DNA of 64,000 bases from Ostreococcus lucimarinus (lineage: Eukaryota), in assembly GCA_000092065.1 (NCBI GenBank), contig CP000587.1. One strand, given 5' to 3'. Shown in pieces: positions 49,727-58,645 of the stretch (position 1 is the first letter of the stretch; each line of letters opens with the position of its first letter). A program made the position numbers and the translations under genes. A model generated the notes under the pieces. That model was not told the origin of the DNA, made no database searches, and saw nothing but the letters and a program-made list of their open reading frames with translations.

Positions 49727-49731
49727 TGTAA
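49727..49731 (+). terminator. putative poly(A) signal TGTAA
   Basis: TGTAA lies 5 nt after the HDAC stop codon, followed by a 21-bp direct repeat (aaagtaaatcactgagacgtg x2). Confidence 0.35.
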
Positions 49732-49855
49732 AAAAGTAAAGTAAATCACTGAGACGTGAAAGTAAATCACTGAGACGTGTCGCGTCAGAAAAAACGGCGA
49801 TTTTAATCGGCGTTTTTCGCCACAACTCGGCTCGACTCTCGACTGTCGACTCCCG

Positions 49856-51784
49856 ATGACCATCCGCGGCCGCGCGCGATCGATATGCGTCCTTCTCGCC
49901 GCGCTCGCACTGACGACGAGCGCGTACGCCGCGCCGACCTCAGCGCCGCGCGCGCGCAGCCGCGCGACGCCCGCGCCCGCGACGTCTCGTCCCCGCGATT
50001 CCCCGGACATCGAAACATCGAACATCGACATGAACGACGTCGAGGCGTTTCTCACGCAAGCGCGCGATGAATTCATCGCGACCCGCGCGTCGCGCGGGTC
50101 TTCACACGGCCGCTCGACGACGACGTCTCCGGACGAAGCCGGTTTGGACTGGATCGCGTCGTTCTTCTCGCCTCGGGAACGTCGCCGCGGCTCTGCGGGT
50201 CGCGCGGCGCGTAATCGACGCGACTCGAACTTGCCTCCGGTTGAAGTGGATCAGACCGGCGTTGACTTCTACCTCACCGCGCGCGCGTACGCGCAAGAAC
50301 ACGCGGTGAGCGATCCTCGGGGCGGTCGGATGCGCATCGCTCGCGCAGAGGAACCGAATCAGTTTCAGTGGTGGTACGATTTCATTTGGCAAACGCAACA
50401 ACAAATCATCGCTTGCGAAGGACGAGAATCGTGCGAAGGTCTTTGGCATCAGTTCGGCGCGCAAGGCAGCATTTGTTGTGACGCCGGTGCCGAATTTTAC
50501 GGTCACGCTCACTTTTCGTGCGTCGAAAGTGTCGAACAATGCGAGGCGCTCACCACGTGCGCCTCGTCCGCCGATTGCGGCGTGAATCAAGTGTGTTGCG
50601 CGACGAAGCCGCATTCTGACGATTTGATGTGCGTGACGAGCTTTCAAGACTGCGCGGCGTACTGTCACTCCGATGCGCAGTGTAAAGCGGAGAAAGGCGA
50701 ACAGTGTTGCTACGACGAAGTACTCGGATACACGATTTGTATCCCGGAAGGGCTATCGTGTCCACCGCCCCCGCCAGAGTGCCCGACCACGGGACAGCCG
50801 ACGTGCCGCTCGGACTCCGAGCGCACGTGTTGCGGTGGCGTCTGTTGTCCGCCGGATGAAAACGGTGTTGAATGGTTGTGTTGCAGAATCTGTGACGAAA
50901 ATGTTTGCTACCGAGCTACCCCCTCTCTGGGGGACGGAAGCTACGAGTGTCCGGACCCATTTTGCCCGCGGCCTCCAGAGTGTTCGTCGCAAGCAGAGTT
51001 GAGTCAGTGCACGGATCCGGTGAACCCGATCGTCGCCGCGCAATCTGCGCGCAATGGCGATCCTCCGACCGGTAGCATTTGCTGCGGTGGTGTGTGCTGT
51101 GAGATCGGGGACCCCGATCTGGTGCCCATCGGCACATTCGGCCCGAACTTTTGCTGCTACGATTTCCCGGACGGTCCTTCTGGTTGGAGTTGCCAACCAG
51201 GCATCCCTGGTGACCCGCTTCCGACTCCCCCGCCCGGTTGCGCGCGACAACCTCCCAGCGCTCAGTGTCCGGCCGGTTCTGAGTATTTGGATACGTGCGT
51301 TGCTGACGATCAGTCTATTGGCGTGTGCTGTGGACCGGAAGTTGACGGCGGCGGGCTGACATGCTGCCCTGATGAATCCGTGTGTTGCGCCAACGTCGTG
51401 GACGGAGCGACCGTCGGTTACGAATGCAAAGCCCAGAATGAGTGCCAAGAGGGTGAGTTATGCAGGATACTCGGTGACTGTCCGAACTCTCAGCAATACT
51501 CGGTCTGTGGTTCGTGCGGACAGGGCAATAATGACTGCGCGCTGTCCTGCCAAGCGGGCGCAGGTGAGCCTCCGAACGACCCTTCGTGGATTTGTTCCAC
51601 CGTCGATGGTTGCGACCCAGTCGCCGACTACAACAACGGCCCGAGCGATGCCACGTGCGTGTGTAATAACGGAGCGTGCGGCGGCGCGACTCAATGTAAG
51701 ACAGGAGGGAATTGCTGCGCGTGCCAAGCTCGTGGCCCGCGCGGTGGCGTGCAATGCGACAACCCACCAACCGTATTGGTTTGA
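49856..51784 (+). CDS. secreted cysteine-rich protein with repeated CC-containing modules
   Basis: Signal peptide (MTIRGRARSICVLLAALALTTSAYA). About 70 Cys in 640 aa, including at least 13 CC doublets in recurring patterns (CCGGVCCPPDENGVEWLCC, CCGGVCCEIG…FCCYDF, VCCGPEVDGGGLTCCPDESVCCANV). Pro-rich linkers (CPPPPPECP, PLPTPPPGC). Confidence 0.75.
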   Translation: MTIRGRARSICVLLAALALTTSAYAAPTSAPRARSRATPAPATSRPRDSPDIETSNIDMNDVEAFLTQARDEFIATRASRGSSHGRSTTTSPDEAGLDWIASFFSPRERRRGSAGRAARNRRDSNLPPVEVDQTGVDFYLTARAYAQEHAVSDPRGGRMRIARAEEPNQFQWWYDFIWQTQQQIIACEGRESCEGLWHQFGAQGSICCDAGAEFYGHAHFSCVESVEQCEALTTCASSADCGVNQVCCATKPHSDDLMCVTSFQDCAAYCHSDAQCKAEKGEQCCYDEVLGYTICIPEGLSCPPPPPECPTTGQPTCRSDSERTCCGGVCCPPDENGVEWLCCRICDENVCYRATPSLGDGSYECPDPFCPRPPECSSQAELSQCTDPVNPIVAAQSARNGDPPTGSICCGGVCCEIGDPDLVPIGTFGPNFCCYDFPDGPSGWSCQPGIPGDPLPTPPPGCARQPPSAQCPAGSEYLDTCVADDQSIGVCCGPEVDGGGLTCCPDESVCCANVVDGATVGYECKAQNECQEGELCRILGDCPNSQQYSVCGSCGQGNNDCALSCQAGAGEPPNDPSWICSTVDGCDPVADYNNGPSDATCVCNNGACGGATQCKTGGNCCACQARGPRGGVQCDNPPTVLV

Positions 51785-51907
51785 TCGACAGCGCAGACGT
51801 TTTGAGGCGAGGGTGGGAGGACAAATATTAAGGATGGATGACTATGTGTGCCAACGTCTCGCGGTCTTACAACATCATTACAACATACTGGTACATTGAT
51901 TGTGAAT

Positions 51908-52843
51908 TTATTTACTCGATCCATCAAACGGCTTTCGCGCAATGATGGCCGAGGCGGCGCCGAACGGGAACAACGCCGAGATTTCCACCGCTTCGGCGCC
52001 GAGCGCCTCGAGTTCGTCTGCGACTTCTCTGGGCGTCCTCGCGCGCTCGATCGAAGTGCCCAGGTACGCGTACGCCTTCTTTTCGCCCGTCATCAACGCG
52101 CCGACGAGCGGCAGTACGAAGCGCAACCACAACCGCAACACCGCGCCGAAAATTCCCGTCGGCGGAAACGCATCTAAAATCAACAGCGTGCCGTTCGGCT
52201 TGCACACGCGGAACATCTCCCTCAACGTCTCCGGCACGTCGGAGAAATTTCTGAGCGTGTAGCACGTCGTCACGCAGTCAAACGACGCGTCCGCGAACCT
52301 CAACTTCCCCGCGTTCCCGACCTCGTACTTCGCCTCGCCCGGCGTCAACCGACGCGCTTCCTCGATCATATTTTTCGAGCAATCCACGCCGACGACGTCG
52401 AGCGCTAAATAATTCATCGCCTCGTACTCCAAAAACCGCGTGACGTTTCCCGTGCCGCACCCGACGTCGAGCACCGAGTCTCCTCTTCGAAACACCCTTC
52501 TCCCTCTCGCGAACGCCGGCGCGAACGTCGCGACGAGCCCCGCGGACAGCGCTTTCCTTCGCCATCGATCGACGAAGCCCAGCGCGAGGACCGCGTTCAC
52601 CGCGTCGTAGCGATGCGCGACGACGTCGAAGAGCTGCGAGACGAATTCGAGCTTCGCGTCGCCCGTGAGCGTCGTCCCGCGCTCCGCGGACGTCGCTCGA
52701 AACGTCGACATTGACTTCCACGCGCGCGTCGTCGCGACGCGCGGTCGAGCGCGCGCGCGACGCGACGCGACGCGACGCGCGACGCTGTGCCGATTTCGAT
52801 TTCGGAGTCGAGGGTTTGTCGCGCGCGCTTTATCCGTCGGCAC
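51908..52843 (-). CDS. UbiE/COQ5/MenG-family quinol C-methyltransferase
   Basis: UbiE N-terminal block FDVVAHRYDAVNAVLALGFVDRWRRKAL and SAM motif I LDVGCGTGNVT, plus post-I and motif II blocks. Confidence 0.85.
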   Translation of the reverse strand: MPTDKARATNPRLRNRNRHSVARRVASRRARARPRVATTRAWKSMSTFRATSAERGTTLTGDAKLEFVSQLFDVVAHRYDAVNAVLALGFVDRWRRKALSAGLVATFAPAFARGRRVFRRGDSVLDVGCGTGNVTRFLEYEAMNYLALDVVGVDCSKNMIEEARRLTPGEAKYEVGNAGKLRFADASFDCVTTCYTLRNFSDVPETLREMFRVCKPNGTLLILDAFPPTGIFGAVLRLWLRFVLPLVGALMTGEKKAYAYLGTSIERARTPREVADELEALGAEAVEISALFPFGAASAIIARKPFDGSSK

Positions 52844-52914
52844 ACGCGCGCGCGCCGATCGCCCGCGCGCGCGGGCCGAGCGCTCGAGTCGCGACGCCGT
52901 CGAGCGCGCGAGCG

Positions 52915-54645
52915 ATGTCGACCGCGATGCGCGCGACGGCCGCGCCGACGCGCGGCGGCGCCGGAAGTCGGATTCGAGGACCGTCCCGAAGACGACGCAT
53001 CGAAACGCGAAGAACGCCGTCGCACCGCGCGCACGCGACGGTGTGCGCGTCGGCGTCCGCGACGGTGGCGCGAGAGACGCAACGCGCGGCGTTTGATCGC
53101 GCGCTGTCGCTCGGGAACAACGTCGTGCCGCTGTATCGAAGGATTTTTGACGATCAGCTGACGCCCATCCTGGCGTATCGACTGCTCGTCAAGGAGGACG
53201 AGCGCGAGGCGCCGAGCTTTTTGCTCGAGTCCGTCGTCGGTGGGACGCAGATTGGACGCTATTCGTTCCTCGGACGACGACCGGTGATGGAGGTGACGGC
53301 GAAGGATTACGAGGTGACGGTGACGCGACACGAGGGCGGGGGGGCGGCGAGCGAGACGACGACGGAGCGGGATCCGATGGAGGTGATGAAGCGAATCGGG
53401 GAGAGCTGGCGAGCGTGTAAGACGCCCGGGTTACCGGATTGCTTCGCGGGTGGATGGGTCGGGTTCACGGGGTACGACACGGTGAGATATCAGTATCAAA
53501 GCAAGCTCGGTTTCGAAGGCGCGCCGAAGGACGATAGGTCGCTGCCGGATATTCATCTCGGATTGTATAAGGATGTTGTGGTGTTCGATAACGCCACAAA
53601 ACAGCTCTATGCGGTACACTGGGTGATGGTTGACGAATACTCGAGCGCCGACGAGGCGTACACAACGGGTATGGACGCTTTGGACGCGATGATAGACGAC
53701 TTGCAGCCGTCCAAGTCCCCGCCGATGAAGCAAGGATACGTCAACTTGGAGCTAAATCAGCGACCGAGCGAACCAAAAGATAGCACGATGACCAAGGATG
53801 AGTTTTTGGGGGCGGTAGCGGCGACGAAGGAGCATATCAAAGCGGGTGACATCTTCCAACTCGTTCTCAGCCATAGATTTCAACGGAAGACGTCCGTGGA
53901 CCCGTTCGAAGTGTACCGAGCTTTGCGAGTCGTCAACCCGTCGCCGTACATGATTTATTACCAGGGTCGAGACTGCATCCTAGTCGCATCGAGCCCTGAA
54001 ATCTTGTGCCGCGTCGACAAGGCGCGCACGGTGGTGAACCGTCCGCTAGCGGGAACGCGCATGCGAGGGAAGACGCCTGAAGAAGACGAGGCGCTCGAGG
54101 TGGATCTCCTAGCGGATGAAAAGGAGCGCGCCGAGCACGTTATGCTCGTCGATCTTGGGCGAAATGACGTCGGTCGCGTATCCAAGGCTGGTACGGTCAA
54201 AGTCGAGAAGCTCATGGAAATTGAACGCTATTCTCACGTGATGCACATTTCCTCTACTGTGACGGGTAACTTAGTAGACGACCTCGGCCCGTGGGACGTG
54301 CTCCGTGCAGCGTTGCCCGCGGGCACAGTCAGCGGCGCGCCGAAGGTCCGCGCGATGCAGATTATCGACAACTTAGAGGTGACGCGTCGCGGTCCGTACG
54401 GTGGTGGCATCGGCTACGTAGGCTTCACCGGCGAGATGGACATGGCGCTCGCGTTGCGCACCATGGTCGTTCCGACTCGCCAGGCCAAAGAAACTAACGG
54501 TTCGCGCGAGTGGATGATTCACCTTCAAGCTGGCGCTGGGATCGTCGCGGATTCCAATCCAGAGAGTGAGTATCAAGAGACTGTCAACAAGGCGGCGGCG
54601 CTCGGTAGAGCCATCGACCTCGCGGAGAGCGCGTTTACGGATTGA
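52915..54645 (+). CDS. ASA: anthranilate synthase component I (alpha subunit), plastid-targeted
   Basis: TrpE hallmark blocks: LLESVVGGTQIGRYSFLG, FQLVLSHRF, NPSPYMIYY, chorismate-binding C-terminus GGGIGYVGFTGEMDMALALRT and IHLQAGAGIVADSNPESEYQET. Transit-peptide-like N-terminus from MSTAMRATAAP. Confidence 0.9.
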   Translation: MSTAMRATAAPTRGGAGSRIRGPSRRRRIETRRTPSHRAHATVCASASATVARETQRAAFDRALSLGNNVVPLYRRIFDDQLTPILAYRLLVKEDEREAPSFLLESVVGGTQIGRYSFLGRRPVMEVTAKDYEVTVTRHEGGGAASETTTERDPMEVMKRIGESWRACKTPGLPDCFAGGWVGFTGYDTVRYQYQSKLGFEGAPKDDRSLPDIHLGLYKDVVVFDNATKQLYAVHWVMVDEYSSADEAYTTGMDALDAMIDDLQPSKSPPMKQGYVNLELNQRPSEPKDSTMTKDEFLGAVAATKEHIKAGDIFQLVLSHRFQRKTSVDPFEVYRALRVVNPSPYMIYYQGRDCILVASSPEILCRVDKARTVVNRPLAGTRMRGKTPEEDEALEVDLLADEKERAEHVMLVDLGRNDVGRVSKAGTVKVEKLMEIERYSHVMHISSTVTGNLVDDLGPWDVLRAALPAGTVSGAPKVRAMQIIDNLEVTRRGPYGGGIGYVGFTGEMDMALALRTMVVPTRQAKETNGSREWMIHLQAGAGIVADSNPESEYQETVNKAAALGRAIDLAESAFTD

Positions 54646-54755
54646 GATTAATTATCACGCGTCGAGATTTTAATAAGCATGGATTGTTGATTCGTCTAAC
54701 GATGTATTCAAAACTGGTGTCACATACGACGTTCCCGACTGTATCCAGTGTCACA

Positions 54756-56317
54756 TTACGTCTTTTGTTTTTTGTTCCCCATGGGTCGGCCTTTTGCAAA
54801 GTACCCGCTCGCATTTTTCGCCGGCTTTTTCTTACCCCGCTTTCCTTTGCGTTTCTTTTTCGCAGAAGCCGCTTCGCCTTCTTCTTCCGACGAGTCTTCG
54901 TCATCTTCGACATCATCAAGTACGTCGACGGAAACGTCGTTATAATCGTCGAGGTTGATCGCGTCGTCCGCATCCGCACGCGCTCGTTTCTTGCCGCGCG
55001 CTTCGATTATTTGCTTCTGGTCGCGCGCCGCGCGCTTGCGACCGCTCACGACGTGTTTGGGAAAGTCCAACGCAACGCCCCGGATCGCGCCCGGCTCTTT
55101 CGGAGGTTCGCGCGTCTTGCACCAAGAAGGATCCATTTGGACGATGCGGCGAAGTAAAAATCCGTTCCTGCTATCAACGGGCGCCGTGATGACGGTGAAC
55201 GCGTGCTCAAACGCGCTCTTCACCTGCCTGCACGCGTACGAGTTCCTACCGAGATCATTCGTTTCGTCTTGTGGGTCTTCGATCGCCCACAAGAACGGCC
55301 GAGAGTCTTCGTACATGCCCTTGTCGCGTTTCTTAAAAAAGCCTGGACCTTTGCCTCCGCATGAGATCCCAACCTCTTCCGCGACGAGCCTGCGACCGAA
55401 GAGCTCAAAAAAGTCGATGAGGAGCGTTCCTAGGCAGCCTTCGCTAGCATCGCTCGCGCCGTGCGACCCCGCCCACGTCGATTTACACGTCGTGTTGTGC
55501 AACTGCAAATGAGCCATCACCATGCAAAGCAGCGCGTAAGAGCCGATGCCACCGGAATACACCTCGTTGAGCCCGCGTTGATGAAGAAACGCCTTCAACA
55601 CCGTGGTGAGCGGACGCAACGCGGGAAACCTTCGCATGTTTTCTCGAACGATCTCCGCGCTCGCCGGCCCGTTCGCGACGTCGAAACTAATGTCAAACTG
55701 ATGTCCGCTTTCCACTTCTTCGAATTTCACGATGGGCACGCGCGCCTTGGCTATGAGTTGTATCTTGATCGCCATGCCGCGTCGCGCCAAGGCGACGGCG
55801 AGCGCCTTCAAACACAGACCCGCATTTTTTGCACCACTGTCCAAGATCACGGCATCGATGTCCGAGCTCGGCAAGTACATGCCGGTCGCAAACGAACCGT
55901 GAACTTCGAATCGAGCGTCGGGCCAGATCCCGTTCACCACCGCTCGCACGCGTTCGACGGCGGCGGCGCGCGACGTCGCTTCCTCCTCGGTGGGCTCTAA
56001 ATACCTACTGAAATCCACGATTTCGGTGTGCAGCCTGATCAGAGGCGACTGTAAATTCCTCAAACGTTTCACCGTTCCCGGCGGGCACCATCGCGGATTC
56101 TCGTTCGGATCGAAGTACTCCTCCTCGGCTTCCTCCTCCTCCACCGCGAGCGCCTTGACCGCCGTCGCGCTCGCGCTTCCCGGTTCGTTCCGTATCGGCG
56201 CCGCGTCCAGGTACGAAAAGTCGATGACATCCTCACCCAGTCCACCTCGCGTCACCGGCAACGCGCGCACCGCGGCTTTATCGCCACCGATCCGCGACTG
56301 AACGTTCGCGTCTTCGT

Positions 56318-56348
<31 letters not shown>

Positions 56349-56426
56349 GACCACCGCCGTCCCGAGCCCGAGTCCTCCGAGCGCGCGCTCGTACCTCGGC
56401 GCCTCGATCTCTCCCGCCTCCGTCAT
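54756..56426 (-). CDS. TRF4: non-canonical poly(A) polymerase, TRF4/PAPD5-like (Cid1 family nucleotidyltransferase)
   Basis: Pol-beta NTase motif VHGSFATGMYLPSSDIDAVI, PAP-associated domain (…LGTLLIDFFELFGRRL…) and Lys-rich C-terminal tail. Confidence 0.85.
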
Positions 56427-56825
56427 CGCGCGCTACCCCTCGCGCGCGTCGTTCGTCTCGTCGTTCGTCTCGTCGTTCGCGTCGCCCTCGCGCGCGCGTT
56501 CGTCCTCGTCCTCGTCCCTCGTCGCCGTCCCCTCGCGCGCCTCTCGTCGTCGTCGCCACGCCTCCCACGCGCGTCGCGCCGCGCTCCACGCCAGCGACGC
56601 CGCGAGCAGCGCGTTCCCGACGTTGCGCGCGCGCGCGTCGTTCTCCGCGCGTTTCCTCTCCTCGACGAATTCCTCCACGTCGTCCAGCGTCACGCGCTGT
56701 TCGCGCGGCGCCGTCGCGAGCGACGCCGTCTCCGTCGACGCCGTCGCCGCGGCGCGCTTCGACAGCGTGAACGCGCCGTCGCTCGTCGATCGCCGCGCGA
56801 ACATTCGCGTCCAACGCGTCGCGAT

Positions 56826-57800
56826 GTGCCGACGCATTCGGCGGCGCATTCGTCGACGCGCGTCGTCGCGCGCGTCGTCACCGCGCGCGTCCGCGACGGC
56901 GACGCGTCTTCGCGCGGCTCGCGCGCCGCGCGCATGGCGTCGACGCGCGACGAACGCGACGCGCGCGCGACGAATGCGACGCCGACGATTCGCGCGCTCG
57001 ACGGACGCGCGTTCGTGCACGACGCCGCGGACGTCGTCGAGCTGCGCGAGCGACGGCGGGTGATCGGCGCCATGGTGGGCGCGCTCCCGGGGTTTCGCTC
57101 GCAGGACGTCGCGCGCGGGCTGCCGCTGGAGCTCACGGCGGAGGAGACGGCGCTGTGCGTCGAGCGCGGGTGGGCGCGGTTGACCGAAGAGCGGGACGGC
57201 GACGACGCGGGGGCGACGGGAAGGGAGAGAGCGACGGAGGGAGACGACGCGACGCGGGATGACGCGGTGAAGCGGGCGAAAGCGAGGGCGAAGGCGAAGA
57301 GGGACGGTCGAGGATGGGGCGGGGGGGGCGCGAAGCGGGCGAAGAGCGCGCCGGCGACGAACGTCTCGGGATGGGAAAAAGTCGTCGCGGGGGAGTCGTC
57401 GTTCGTGTCGGTGCCGCTGACGAACGATGGGGACGGCGAGGAGGAGGACGCGCGGTGGAGCTTTCCGTCGACGCGCGAAGAGCGCGAGCGATACGCGGTG
57501 TTTAAAGATTTGCACGATAAATCGTTTTACATGACATCCGGCGCCAAGTTTGGGAGCGACTTTCTGGCGTATCCGGGGGATCCGATCCTGTTTCACGCGC
57601 ACTACACCGTGCGAATAGTTTCGTGGGACGCGGTGATACACCCGTTGGTCATCGCCGCGACGACGCGGATGTCGAACGCGGCGAGGAAGAACTTCGTCGT
57701 CGCCGCGGTTCGCGCGACGGATGCAAACGGCGAAAACTTTGAGGTTCGCTACTTCACCATGGAGGCCGACGTGGACTTGTCTTCGAATCGGGGATACTAG
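56826..57800 (+). CDS. SEN34: tRNA-splicing endonuclease subunit Sen34 (catalytic)
   Basis: C-terminal catalytic domain SGAKFGSDFLAYPGDPILFHAHYTV matches Sen34 ([24 protein letters not shown]). The real start is probably an internal ATG (MASTRDERDA…). Confidence 0.8.
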   Translation: MPTHSAAHSSTRVVARVVTARVRDGDASSRGSRAARMASTRDERDARATNATPTIRALDGRAFVHDAADVVELRERRRVIGAMVGALPGFRSQDVARGLPLELTAEETALCVERGWARLTEERDGDDAGATGRERATEGDDATRDDAVKRAKARAKAKRDGRGWGGGGAKRAKSAPATNVSGWEKVVAGESSFVSVPLTNDGDGEEEDARWSFPSTREERERYAVFKDLHDKSFYMTSGAKFGSDFLAYPGDPILFHAHYTVRIVSWDAVIHPLVIAATTRMSNAARKNFVVAAVRATDANGENFEVRYFTMEADVDLSSNRGY

Positions 57801-57822
57801 ATAATTACAGAGTTGTAGAACA

Positions 57823-58347
57823 CTACTTAGTCGCTAATTCGGCCTCGAGATCCGCGATCGCGCCTTCGATCGCCGCGCATTTCCGCGTCGTCGCGTACCA
57901 CTCGCGCTCGAGCGCGGAAATTTCCTTCGCCGCGCTCTCTTGCTGCAACTTCCGCATCACGTTCAGCTCGTTCACCTCCGTGCGTACGCGCGCCAGCTCC
58001 TCCTCGTACGCCTTCACCGCCGCGTCTCCCCACGCGTTCCTCGCCCGCCACGCCGCCGGCGCGTACTTCAGCGCCAGCTCCAAATTCGCGCGTCTCGTCG
58101 CCTGATGTTCCAACTGCGCGCGCGCGTTTTCGATCGCCTTCTCCCACGCCTCCGCGCTCTCGCGCTCGCTCCGCGGCGGCGGATCGAGCCTGTACCGCAT
58201 CGTGTCCGGAATCACCATCGATCTCCCGCTCGCGACGCGCGCGAGTTCATCCGCGACCATCCTTCCCGCGCGTCGCTCCAGCCCGTCGTCGCCGCTCGGC
58301 GCCAGCGCGTCGAGGCGATCCCTCCCCCTGCTCTTCATCCGTCGCAT
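57823..58347 (-). CDS. BCAS2: pre-mRNA splicing factor SPF27/BCAS2 (MOS4 homologue), exon 2
   Basis: MRRMKSRGRDRLDALAPSGDDGLE…ARVASGRSMVIPDTMRYRLDPPP…AIENARAQLEHQATRRANLELALKYAPAAWRARN…LEREW… is colinear with BCAS2/MOS4 (EEEMRRS, FERLAARQP, MKRYELPAP, QLEHQ.R.ENLELM, LSQEW). Confidence 0.8.
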   Translation of the reverse strand: MRRMKSRGRDRLDALAPSGDDGLERRAGRMVADELARVASGRSMVIPDTMRYRLDPPPRSERESAEAWEKAIENARAQLEHQATRRANLELALKYAPAAWRARNAWGDAAVKAYEEELARVRTEVNELNVMRKLQQESAAKEISALEREWYATTRKCAAIEGAIADLEAELATK

Positions 58348-58411
58348 CTGCGCCCGCGTTCGCGCCGTCAGTCCCTCGATCGCGCGGCGTTCGCATCGCG
58401 TCGCCGCGCAC

Positions 58412-58582
58412 CTCCTCGGCGACGGCTTGGTCGACGCGCGCGCGCCAGTCTCCTCCCGGCGTCGCGTCGACGTACGGCAGCGCGTCCGCGGCCGCGCCCG
58501 ATGCCGTCCACTCGCGCCGCGCGACGCCCTCGAGCGCCGACGCCGGGAGCGCCGGGACGTCGCGCGCGTCGTCGCGCGGCAT
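58412..58582 (-). CDS. BCAS2: SPF27/BCAS2, exon 1
   Basis: MPRDDARDVPALPASALEGVARREWTASGAAADALPYVDATPGG…DQAVAEE (MOS4: WASAANAEVIDALPYIDDDYG…LVEEE). The 64-nt intron is GTGCGCGG…GAGGGACTGACGG…GCGCAG. The splice fuses the two ORF-track frames at a phase-0 junction and gives the same length as MOS4 between EEE and DxLPP. Confidence 0.7.
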
Positions 58583-58645
58583 CGTCGCGGCGCGGCGCGT
58601 CGAGCGGGCGCGCGCGCGTCGGTCGGCGCCACTCGGCGGCGCGGA

